DNA of 64,000 nt from an uncultured Pelagibacteraceae bacterium (GTDB lineage Bacteria; Pseudomonadota; Alphaproteobacteria; Pelagibacterales; Pelagibacteraceae): NCBI GenBank assembly GCA_902604035.1, contig CACKXG010000002.1:2281-66280 (forward strand). The letters are read 5' to 3'. The notes below the pieces were generated by a model. The model ran no database searches. It worked only from the letters and a program-made list of their open reading frames with translations, and was not told the DNA's origin. Positions 6,545 to 14,344 of this stretch are shown here, piece by piece. Position numbers and translations under genes: made by a program. Every line of letters begins with the position of its first letter. The stretch's first letter is position 1.

Positions 6545-6895
6545 ATGTCATCATTTGGTGAGATTGCTTCAAAGTTTAGTAAGTTGAGTGATAATAAAGG
6601 AATTGGTAATGGCCTTTACTTACATACTTTGATGCTGTTCCACGCAGTCTGTCATTTGAAATCAGATGAAATGACTGTTGAGAACGCAAAGAAAAAATAT
6701 GCTGAATTGTATGGAGAGTTTTTAAACTCTGCATCATTAAGCAGAAATAACCAGGTGTTGGTAAAAATGGGTTTAATAAAACTTCATGAAAGCACAGAAG
6801 ATAGAAGACAAAAAGATGTTATTCTAACTACTGTTGGTCATAAATATAAAAATCTATTTACCGACTTACCCAAACGAGCAAAGGAGGCTATATAA
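6545..6895 (+). CDS. MarR-like winged-helix regulator
   Basis: ASLSRNNQVLVKMGLI recognition helix and EDRRQKDVILT wing; GGGAG SD supports ATG 6545 rather than TTG 6395. Confidence 0.8.
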   Translation: MSSFGEIASKFSKLSDNKGIGNGLYLHTLMLFHAVCHLKSDEMTVENAKKKYAELYGEFLNSASLSRNNQVLVKMGLIKLHESTEDRRQKDVILTTVGHKYKNLFTDLPKRAKEAI

Positions 6896-6898
6896 AAT

Positions 6899-7942
6899 AT
6901 GGGTATAAGCAGACAACCTAATGGTAAGTTCAGAGTCTTCGTATCAGTAAAAGATAGAGGTAGAAAAACAGCTACTTGTGATACGCATGACGAAGCACTT
7001 GCTAAAGAACAATCACTTCGTAGAGCATTAATTGATGGAGTTAATATTCCAGCAGGTAGAGCAACAACTGAAGTGACTTTACAGCAAGCTTGTGAAGCTT
7101 GTTGGAACGACCCAGAAGTTGGTTGGAAAGATACTGACCATGGCAAAAAACAGAAATATTATTTTCAAATGTTTTATGATTTCTGGGGTAAAGATAAGCT
7201 GTTAAGAGACATCAATAAAGAAGAGTGGTATAAATTTACAGCTCAATTTAAAGAGACAGCTACAAACAATAGAAGGGCTTGTTGCATCAACAGAGTGTTT
7301 AGACACGCTTTGGAACAAGGTACTATAACACCAGAGAAATTGTTAAAGATACCTAGAAAAAAAGAGAAGCTAACAAGGCTTGCTATTTTTACTTACGAGC
7401 AGGAAGAAGCTATCTATGCAATGTGCCAAAGATTTGGTTTCAATGACTTAGAAGATTTTATTAAAGTCTTAATTGATACTGGATGTAGAGCACAGGAAGC
7501 AATCAAACTATCACCTAAAGATTTGCAAAAGTCTAAAGATGGTTGGACAGCTCATGTGTATAGAAGCAAAACTGATACTCATACTTCTGTAGGTCTAGCT
7601 ACTAGAACTAAAGAAATTCTTATGAGAAGAAGTAATATGAAAACTTTCTTTGAAACATCTTATAGACAGATGTCTTATAAGTGGCAGATGATAAGAGAGC
7701 AGATGGGTCAATCTGAAAATAAAGATTGGATATTCCATACTTGCAGACACACTTGTGCATCAAGACTAGCAGAAGCAGGAGCTACATTTATGGAAGTTTG
7801 TGATTGGATGGGATGGAGTTTCAATTCACCAGTTGCAAGAAGATATATCCACTTCTTTCCTAAGGCTAAGATTAAGATGGCTCAAAAATTAGATAACCTA
7901 AGAGACGAATTAAAAGTTGTTTCTGGTGGGAAATCTAGTTAA
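6899..7942 (+). CDS. int: Phage tyrosine integrase
   Basis: Catalytic set: TGCR (R), SKT (K), FHTCRHT (HxxR), GW, RRY (Y); N-terminal arm-binding-like domain; GGAGG SD. Confidence 0.95.
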   Translation: MGISRQPNGKFRVFVSVKDRGRKTATCDTHDEALAKEQSLRRALIDGVNIPAGRATTEVTLQQACEACWNDPEVGWKDTDHGKKQKYYFQMFYDFWGKDKLLRDINKEEWYKFTAQFKETATNNRRACCINRVFRHALEQGTITPEKLLKIPRKKEKLTRLAIFTYEQEEAIYAMCQRFGFNDLEDFIKVLIDTGCRAQEAIKLSPKDLQKSKDGWTAHVYRSKTDTHTSVGLATRTKEILMRRSNMKTFFETSYRQMSYKWQMIREQMGQSENKDWIFHTCRHTCASRLAEAGATFMEVCDWMGWSFNSPVARRYIHFFPKAKIKMAQKLDNLRDELKVVSGGKSS

Positions 7943-7948
7943 AACTAT

Positions 7949-7976
7949 GTGCATATGCAGTGCATCTGCTGTGCAT
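7949..7976 (+). repeat. Three GTGCAT direct repeats at an 11-bp period; putative integrase arm-type sites
   Basis: GTGCATATGCA-GTGCATCTGCT-GTGCAT between the int stop and the att core. Confidence 0.6.
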
Positions 7977-8043
7977 TAAACTGGTTTGAATAGGAGGCGT
8001 TGTTAAAATGTTAAGCAAAACAAAACTTAACGCTGTGTCGGTA

Positions 8044-8099
8044 GACTTAAAATCCTTGCCGCTTGCGGAGTGCCAGTTCGAGTCTGGCCGAGGGCACCA
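8044..8099 (+). pseudogene. attR: displaced 3' half of tRNA-Leu(TAA), from the anticodon loop to CCA
   Basis: GA-CTTAAAA-TCCTT, variable arm CCGC-TT-GCGG, T arm GCCAG-TTCGAGT-CTGGC, acceptor strand CGAGGGCA-CCA; no D arm or 5' acceptor strand upstream. Confidence 0.9.
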
Positions 8100-8103
8100 C
8101 TAA

Positions 8104-8874
8104 ATGAGTAAACTTCAAATTATTTCAGATAAAAATAAGAAATCATCAAGCATAAAAAATCTATTATTAAATAAAATTAAATCTAATCATTTTAAAAAAG
8201 ACAATCTCATAATTGTTATTGGTGGCGATGGTTTTATGCTCCAAACACTAAAAAGGAATAAAAATTCTAACAAACATTTTTATGGGATTAACTCTGGAAA
8301 TTATGGTTTTCTTATGAATAAATTTTCCTCAAAAGATATTTTAAAAAACTTGTCAAAAGCTAATTTAGTTTCAATTTCTCCGTTAGAGATGATTGTTAAA
8401 AATAAAAATAATCAAATTAAAAGATCTATAGCAATAAATGAGGTATCTGTGCTTAGGCAAAGTAGGCAGGCAGCATCACTATCTATTAAACAAGGTTCAA
8501 AACAAATAATTAAAAAATTAGTTTCTGACGGGGTATTAGTATCTACTCCTGCCGGTAGTACTGCTTATAATCTTTCTGTACATGGCCCTATCTTAAGTCT
8601 TCATTCAAAAAAATTATCAATTTCACCTATTAGTGCTTTTAGACCAAGAAGATGGAAAGGTAAAATTGTGAATGATAAAACAAAAATTACTATAACAAAT
8701 TTAAATCCATCAAAAAGACCAATAAGCGCTGTTGCAGATAATTTAGAAGTGAGAAACGCTAAATCAATTACAGTAAAAACTAATAATAAAATAAAGTTTA
8801 ATCTTCTTTATGATAAAAATAGAAGTCTACAAAAAAAAATTAAAATAGAACAATTGCGAAAAGAAACTAGCTAG
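8104..8874 (+). CDS. nadK: NAD kinase
   Basis: GGDG, GFL, NE and DGVLVSTPAGSTAYNLS motifs. Confidence 0.95.
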   Translation: MSKLQIISDKNKKSSSIKNLLLNKIKSNHFKKDNLIIVIGGDGFMLQTLKRNKNSNKHFYGINSGNYGFLMNKFSSKDILKNLSKANLVSISPLEMIVKNKNNQIKRSIAINEVSVLRQSRQAASLSIKQGSKQIIKKLVSDGVLVSTPAGSTAYNLSVHGPILSLHSKKLSISPISAFRPRRWKGKIVNDKTKITITNLNPSKRPISAVADNLEVRNAKSITVKTNNKIKFNLLYDKNRSLQKKIKIEQLRKETS

Positions 8875-8879
8875 AGTTA

Positions 8880-9017
8880 ATGAATAAAGTTAATCCTATT
8901 GTTATAGTTGCATTAGTTCTTGTCGTAGGTTTTCTTGCTTTTAAAATTATGTCTTTTCTTGGTTGTTATGTTCGTATCGAAGACGTTGATCAGTGTTGGA
9001 AATTAACTGCTTGGTAA
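8880..9017 (+). CDS. 45-aa single-pass membrane peptide, not in the ORF track
   Basis: MNKVNPIVIVALVLVVGFLAFKIMSFLGCYVRIEDVDQCWKLTAW; fills the nadK-tRNA gap. Confidence 0.55.
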   Translation: MNKVNPIVIVALVLVVGFLAFKIMSFLGCYVRIEDVDQCWKLTAW

Positions 9018-9027
9018 TAAAAAATGA

Positions 9028-9103
9028 TGGTGCCCCCGCACGGATTCGAACCGCGGACCTATTGATTACAAATCAATTGCTCTACCAGCTGAGCTACAAG
9101 GGC
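9028..9103 (-). tRNA. tRNA-Thr(TGT)
   Basis: 76-nt cloverleaf on the minus strand, anticodon loop TTTGTAA, ends CCA. Confidence 0.95.
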
Positions 9104-9136
9104 ATGCGCAATAATTATTAACTATTTGTTAAATAA

Positions 9137-9880
9137 TCAACTCTTTTTTTTTATATAACTGAGGTGATGAAACACGATTGCAGCACTATTTGAGATATTT
9201 AAACTTTCAATATCATCATTAATATTAATTTTGACAAAAAAATCTGCATATTTACCCGTGTGCTGTCTCATTCCAAACCCTTCAGATCCAAATAAAAGAA
9301 TTTTATTTCCTTCCCATTTGATGTCTGTGAAATCTTTTTGACCTTTTGCATCAAAACCATATACCCAGAAATTTTTTTCTCTTAAATTTTTAAGTGTAGA
9401 ATTAATGTTAGAGACTTGAAATATATTCATATGCTCCATGCATCCACTAGCTGATTTATACATCAGTTTACTATCTCGAGGAAAATGTCTTTCTTTAATT
9501 ATCAATCCGTCAATATCAAATGATGCACCACTTCTTATCAATGAACCAATGTTTCTTGGATCCGTAACCTCATCAAGACAGACAAATGTTAAATTATTTT
9601 TATCTTTTATAAATTGTTTTAGATCAGGTTGATCCAAATGTTCAATCTCTGCAACATAACCATTATGCATTAATTGTTCTTTAGAAGTATATTTGTCTAA
9701 TTCTTTTTTAGATTTAAAGTAAACTTTGACATCCTCTAAAATGTTTTTATTTGGGTTTTTTCTATGAATATTTTTTTTAGACTCTTCCGTTAAAAATACT
9801 CTTAAAACTTTTCTTTTAGGGTTTCTAAGAGCCTCAATAACTGCGTGTTGGCCAACAATGAAAAATGATGATTTATTCAT
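9137..9880 (-). CDS. rlmB: 23S rRNA Gm2251 2'-O-methyltransferase (SpoU/TrmH family)
   Basis: LDEVTDPRNIGSLIRS, GSEGFG and ESLNIS motifs. Confidence 0.9.
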   Translation of the reverse strand: MNKSSFFIVGQHAVIEALRNPKRKVLRVFLTEESKKNIHRKNPNKNILEDVKVYFKSKKELDKYTSKEQLMHNGYVAEIEHLDQPDLKQFIKDKNNLTFVCLDEVTDPRNIGSLIRSGASFDIDGLIIKERHFPRDSKLMYKSASGCMEHMNIFQVSNINSTLKNLREKNFWVYGFDAKGQKDFTDIKWEGNKILLFGSEGFGMRQHTGKYADFFVKININDDIESLNISNSAAIVFHHLSYIKKKS

Positions 9881-10009
9881 AAATTAGTATCTGTTTTATA
9901 CGGTTTTTTTAATATTTTCCTATTAAATCACGTGTTGCATTTGCATAAATAAAATATATAAAACGCTTGTTATTTGAAGCTTTATTGAACAAGGGGACAC
10001 TTCCCCAAA

Positions 10010-10095
10010 GGAGGGGTTCCAGAGCGGTCAAATGGGGCGGGCTGTAAACCCGTTGACTTCGGTCTTCGAAAGTTCGAATCTTTCCCCCTCCACCA
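10010..10095 (+). tRNA. tRNA-Tyr(GTA)
   Basis: Cloverleaf with long variable arm, loop CTGTAAA, ends CCA. Confidence 0.95.
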
Positions 10096-10140
10096 TTTAA
10101 TAAAATTTTGGATAACATGGAGTGTTACTCTTGGGGTTGT

Positions 10141-10214
10141 GCGGGTGTAGTTCAATGGTAGAACGCTAGCCTTCCAAGCTGGATGTAAGGGTTCGATTCC
10201 CTTTACCCGCTCCA
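10141..10214 (+). tRNA. tRNA-Gly(TCC)
   Basis: Cloverleaf, loop CTTCCAA, ends CCA. Confidence 0.95.
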
Positions 10215-10263
10215 AGAAAATAAAATTGAAAATGAAAACAAATAAACTGAGGTAAAAAAAGTA

Positions 10264-11454
10264 ATGTCAAAAGAAAAATTTGTAAGAAATAAACCCCACT
10301 GTAACATTGGGACTATTGGTCATGTCGACCATGGTAAAACAACTCTTACTGCCGCGATTACAAATGTATTAGCACAAGCGGGAGGCGGAACTGCAGTTGC
10401 TTATGATCAAATTGATAAAGCACCTGAAGAAAAAGAGAGAGGTATAACAATTTCAACAGCTCACGTTGAGTATGAAACTGAAAAAAGACACTATGCTCAC
10501 GTAGATTGTCCTGGTCACGCTGACTATGTTAAAAATATGATCACTGGTGCTGCACAAATGGATGGAGCAATTTTAGTTGTTAATGCAGCTGATGGCCCAA
10601 TGCCACAAACAAGAGAGCACATTCTTTTAGGAAGACAAGTTGGTATTCCTGCAATTGTTGTTTACCTAAATAAAGTAGATCAAGTTGATGATAAAGAAAT
10701 GATTGAACTTGTTGAAGAAGAAATTAGAGAACTTTTAACTTCATACAAATACCCAGGTGATAAAACACCAATCGTAAAAGGTTCGGCTTTAGCAGCAGTT
10801 GAAGGAAGAGATGATGAAATTGGAAAAAATTCAATTTTAGAATTAATGAAAGCGGTTGATGAACACATTCCACAACCAGCTAGAGAAGTTGATAAACCTT
10901 TCTTGATGCCAATTGAAGATGTATTTTCAATTTCAGGAAGAGGAACGGTTGCAACTGGTAGAGTTGAGTCAGGTGTAATCAAAACTGGAGAAGAAGTTGA
11001 AATAGTTGGAATTAAAGAAACTAAGAAATCAGTTTGTACTGGAGTAGAAATGTTTAGAAAACTTTTAGATTCTGGTGAAGCTGGGGATAACGTTGGAATT
11101 TTATTGAGAGGTATTGAAAGAACTGACATCGAAAGAGGTCAAGTTCTTTGTAAGCCTGGTTCAATTACTCCACATACTAAATTTGAAGCTCAAGCGTATG
11201 TACTTAAAAAAGATGAGGGTGGAAGACATACTCCATTCTTTACTAAGTACAGACCACAGTTTTATTTTAGAACAACAGACGTTACGGGTGAGGTAGAATT
11301 ACCAGCTGGTACTGAAATGGTTATGCCAGGTGATGATGCTAAATTTACTGTTAAACTTATTACACCTATTGCTATGGCAGAGAAATTGAACTTTGCAATT
11401 AGAGAAGGTGGAAGAACTGTTGGAGCAGGAGTAGTAACTAAAATTATAGAGTAA
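10264..11454 (+). CDS. tuf: Elongation factor Tu
   Basis: [16 protein letters not shown] and NKVD motifs. Confidence 0.99.
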   Translation: MSKEKFVRNKPHCNIGTIGHVDHGKTTLTAAITNVLAQAGGGTAVAYDQIDKAPEEKERGITISTAHVEYETEKRHYAHVDCPGHADYVKNMITGAAQMDGAILVVNAADGPMPQTREHILLGRQVGIPAIVVYLNKVDQVDDKEMIELVEEEIRELLTSYKYPGDKTPIVKGSALAAVEGRDDEIGKNSILELMKAVDEHIPQPAREVDKPFLMPIEDVFSISGRGTVATGRVESGVIKTGEEVEIVGIKETKKSVCTGVEMFRKLLDSGEAGDNVGILLRGIERTDIERGQVLCKPGSITPHTKFEAQAYVLKKDEGGRHTPFFTKYRPQFYFRTTDVTGEVELPAGTEMVMPGDDAKFTVKLITPIAMAEKLNFAIREGGRTVGAGVVTKIIE

Positions 11455-11464
11455 CTCTATAAAT

Positions 11465-11540
11465 AGGAGTGTAGCTCAATTGGTAGAGCGCCGGTCTCCA
11501 AAACCGGAGGCTGAGGGTTCGAGTCCCTCCGCTCCTGCCA
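11465..11540 (+). tRNA. tRNA-Trp(CCA)
   Basis: 76-nt cloverleaf, loop CTCCAAA, ends CCA. Confidence 0.95.
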
Positions 11541-11557
11541 ATTTGAGCTTAGAAATT

Positions 11558-11749
11558 ATGAGAAACCCGATTAAATTTATACAGGAAGTTAAACAAGAGG
11601 CTTTTAAAGTTACTTGGCCTACTTGGAAAGAGACATTGCAAGGTGCTTTAATGGTTTTTGTTATGGCAGTAGTTATGTCTTTATTTTTTCTTCTTTTAGA
11701 TCAGGTTTTGAAATTTTTTTTAGAACTTTTACTTAAAGTGAGTATTTAA
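11558..11749 (+). CDS. secE: Preprotein translocase SecE
   Basis: EAFKVTWPT motif plus one TM helix; true start ATG 11558, since the track ORF runs through tRNA-Trp. Confidence 0.95.
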   Translation: MRNPIKFIQEVKQEAFKVTWPTWKETLQGALMVFVMAVVMSLFFLLLDQVLKFFLELLLKVSI

Positions 11750-12279
11750 TGAAAAATTGGTACATCGTTCAGTCTCACTCTAGTTTTGAGAATAAAGTAG
11801 CTTCTTTAATTAAAGAGGAGGCAGATAAAGCCAAAATTTCTGATAAGTTTGAAGAGATTATTGTTCCCACACACGATGTTACTGAGGTTAAGAGAGGTAA
11901 AAGAATTCAAAGAAAAAAGAAATACTTTCCTGGATATGTACTAATTAAAAGTGAGATGGATAATAATATTTATCACATGATTAAGAATATAAAGAGGGTC
12001 AGTGGTTTTTTGGGAACAAAAGGTATTCCTGTTCCAGTTTCAGATAAAGAGGTAGAGAAGATTTTAGGTCAGATTAAAGATGGAGTTGCTCAGCCAAAAT
12101 CTGGCGTAGATTATAGTGTAGGCGAAAAAGTTCAGGTTGTAGATGGTCCATTTGCTTCATTTACAGGCATGATTGAAGAAATTGATGAAGAAAAAGCTAG
12201 ACTTAAGGTGTCAGTTTCTATATTTGGTCGTCCTACACCAGTAGATTTAGAATATAATCAGGTTGAGAAGGTAAGTTAA
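11749..12279 (+). CDS. nusG: Transcription factor NusG
   Basis: WYIV, FPGYV and [11 protein letters not shown] motifs. Confidence 0.98.
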   Translation: MKNWYIVQSHSSFENKVASLIKEEADKAKISDKFEEIIVPTHDVTEVKRGKRIQRKKKYFPGYVLIKSEMDNNIYHMIKNIKRVSGFLGTKGIPVPVSDKEVEKILGQIKDGVAQPKSGVDYSVGEKVQVVDGPFASFTGMIEEIDEEKARLKVSVSIFGRPTPVDLEYNQVEKVS

Positions 12280-12704
12280 TGGCAAAAGAAATTAGTGGAT
12301 TTATAAAATTACAAATTAAAGGCGGTCAAGCTAACCCAGCCCCACCAGTTGGTCCTGCATTAGGTCAACGAGGTGTAAATATTATGGAATTTTGTAAAGC
12401 GTTTAATGATAAAACAAAATCAATGGCGGGCAAACCTGTGCCGGTAGAAATCACTGTTTATAAAGACAAAAAATTTGATTTTAAAATTAAATCACCTCCA
12501 GCATCTTTTTATATTAAAGAGGCAGTCAAACTTAAAGGTGGATCAAAAGAACCTGGAAGAAATATTGTTGCTTCAATTTCTAAAAAACAATTAGAGAGTA
12601 TAGCAAAAGAAAAAATGAATGATCTAAATGCACATGATATTGAAGAAGCTATAAAAATTATTGCAGGATCAGCTAGATCAATGGGTATTGAGGTAAAAGA
12701 ATAA
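12279..12704 (+). CDS. rplK: 50S ribosomal protein L11
   Basis: [12 protein letters not shown] motif. Confidence 0.98.
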   Translation: MAKEISGFIKLQIKGGQANPAPPVGPALGQRGVNIMEFCKAFNDKTKSMAGKPVPVEITVYKDKKFDFKIKSPPASFYIKEAVKLKGGSKEPGRNIVASISKKQLESIAKEKMNDLNAHDIEEAIKIIAGSARSMGIEVKE

Positions 12705-13393
12705 TGGCATCAAAAAGATACAAAAAATTACCTGAAAAGACAAAAGACTTGAACGCAGAGTCTATAGAAAAATTGTTACCTGAGCTTAAGAAAAATTGCA
12801 CAACTAAATTTGACGAGTCTTTAGATTTAAGTTTTCAAATAAATAACAAACAAAAGAAAAGTGAAGTTAATATTAGAACAGTTGTTAATTTACCTGGCGG
12901 CACAGGTAAAAAAGTTAAAGTTGCTGTAGTTTGTGAAGATAATAAAGCGCAAGATGCAAAAGATGCAGGTGCAGATATCGTAGGTGGTGATGAATTTATT
13001 GAAAGAATTAAAGGTGGAGAATTAAATTTTGAAAAATTAATTTGTACACCAGGAATGATGATTAAACTTTCTAAATTAGGAAAAGTTTTAGGACCAAAAG
13101 GTTTAATGCCTAATCCTAAACTTGGTTCAGTTTCTGAAAATATTAAAGAAGCAGTAACTAATGCTAAATCTGGTCAAGTAGAAGTTAGAAATGATAAAGA
13201 CGGAAATATTGGAGTGAGTATTGGTAAAAAGTCTTTTAGCGATGATCAATTACTTAAAAACTACAATGCAATTTTAGATGCTTTAGAGAAAGAAAAATCA
13301 AATAACACTTTAAAAGGTGATTTAATTAGAAGTGTATTTGCTACATCAACAATGGGTGTTTCATACAAAGTTAAATTAGGGAAATCGATATAG
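12704..13393 (+). CDS. rplA: 50S ribosomal protein L1
   Basis: LGPKGLMPNPK motif; operon position. Confidence 0.98.
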   Translation: MASKRYKKLPEKTKDLNAESIEKLLPELKKNCTTKFDESLDLSFQINNKQKKSEVNIRTVVNLPGGTGKKVKVAVVCEDNKAQDAKDAGADIVGGDEFIERIKGGELNFEKLICTPGMMIKLSKLGKVLGPKGLMPNPKLGSVSENIKEAVTNAKSGQVEVRNDKDGNIGVSIGKKSFSDDQLLKNYNAILDALEKEKSNNTLKGDLIRSVFATSTMGVSYKVKLGKSI

Positions 13394-13395
13394 TT

Positions 13396-13917
13396 ATGAT
13401 GAACAAAGAACAAAAGAAAAATTATATTGAAGAAATGACTAGTAAGTTTGAAAACAGCAAAGCTGTTATGGTTACTCATTATCAAGGTTTAACAATGACT
13501 CAGTTAGATGAATTGAGAGCAAAAATGAGAGAACATGGAATAATTTTCAAAATCACAAAAAATAGAATTACAAAATTAGCTTTAGAAAAAACTAAGTGTA
13601 AAGATTTATCAAATTTATTTACTGGTCCTACGGCAGTTGCATTTGGAGAGGATGCTATAATGTCTGCAAGGATTCTTTCAAAATTTGCAAAAGATAACGA
13701 AAACTTAAAATTAATTGGTGGAATTATGGATAACGAGGTCTTAGATCAGGCCGGTGTCCAAAATGTAGCTAGTTTACCTACATTAGATGAAGCAAGAGCC
13801 AATATTGTGGGTATTTTGAACGCTTCTGCATCTAAATTAATCAGTATTTTGCTTGCACATTCAGAAAAAATGAGTAGTTTGTCGGCAGAAAATTCTGAAA
13901 CACAACCCAAAGAGTAA
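13396..13917 (+). CDS. rplJ: 50S ribosomal protein L10
   Basis: KN motif and GPTAVAF; operon position. Confidence 0.97.
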   Translation: MMNKEQKKNYIEEMTSKFENSKAVMVTHYQGLTMTQLDELRAKMREHGIIFKITKNRITKLALEKTKCKDLSNLFTGPTAVAFGEDAIMSARILSKFAKDNENLKLIGGIMDNEVLDQAGVQNVASLPTLDEARANIVGILNASASKLISILLAHSEKMSSLSAENSETQPKE

Positions 13918-13922
13918 TACAT

Positions 13923-14288
13923 ATGCCTGACCTAAACAAAATTATTGAAGACTTATCAAGTTTGACTGTTGCAGAGGCAGCTGAACTTTCAAAACAATTA
14001 GAAGAAAAATGGGGTGTAACTCCAATGGCAGCAGCAGCTCCAGCAGCAGCAGGTGGTGCGGCTCCAGCAGAAGATAAAGATGATTTTACAATCATGTTAG
14101 TTTCTGCAGGTGATAAAAAAATTAATGTTATTAAAGAAGTAAGAGCAGCTACTTCATTAGGTTTAAAAGAAGCTAAAGATCTTGTAGAGGGAGCACCAAA
14201 AGAAGTTAAATCTGGTGTAAACAAAAAAGAAGCTGAAGAGATCAAAGCCAAGTTAGAAGCTGCTGGCGCTAAAGTAGAACTTAAATAA
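13923..14288 (+). CDS. rplL: 50S ribosomal protein L7/L12
   Basis: Ala-rich hinge and [11 protein letters not shown]. Confidence 0.98.
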   Translation: MPDLNKIIEDLSSLTVAEAAELSKQLEEKWGVTPMAAAAPAAAGGAAPAEDKDDFTIMLVSAGDKKINVIKEVRAATSLGLKEAKDLVEGAPKEVKSGVNKKEAEEIKAKLEAAGAKVELK

Positions 14289-14307
14289 ATTAAATAGAAA
14301 GAATTCG

Positions 14308-14333
14308 AATACTGATTATTTTTAATCAGTATT
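14308..14333 (+). terminator. Hairpin between rplL and rpoB (attenuator-like)
   Basis: Perfect 11-bp inverted repeat AATACTGATTA-TTTT-TAATCAGTATT; U-tract weak. Confidence 0.5.
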
Positions 14334-14344
14334 TATAAATATAG

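Larger units (their letters stand above)
1..8099 (+). mobile_element. Right-hand part of an integrated T7-like (Autographiviridae, HTVC019P-type pelagiphage-like) prophage; continues left of the window and ends at attR in tRNA-Leu
   Basis: T7 gp18/gp19-like terminases, co-oriented early genes and a tyrosine integrase, followed by a 5'-truncated tRNA-Leu and then host housekeeping genes. Confidence 0.93.

Noticed and set aside
7900-7942. Integrase C-terminal LKVVSGG as a protease-targeting tag
   Set aside because: Only loose resemblance to ClpX-binding tails; not supportable from sequence alone
8020-8099. Intact tRNA-Leu gene
   Set aside because: No 5' acceptor strand or D arm, and the 5' anticodon stem pairs at only 2 positions; it is an att remnant
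9909-10215. Minus-strand ORFs 9909..10118 and 9982..10215
   Set aside because: Antisense shadows of tRNA-Tyr and tRNA-Gly
11480-11557. N-terminal extension of SecE
   Set aside because: Reads through tRNA-Trp; the true start is 11558
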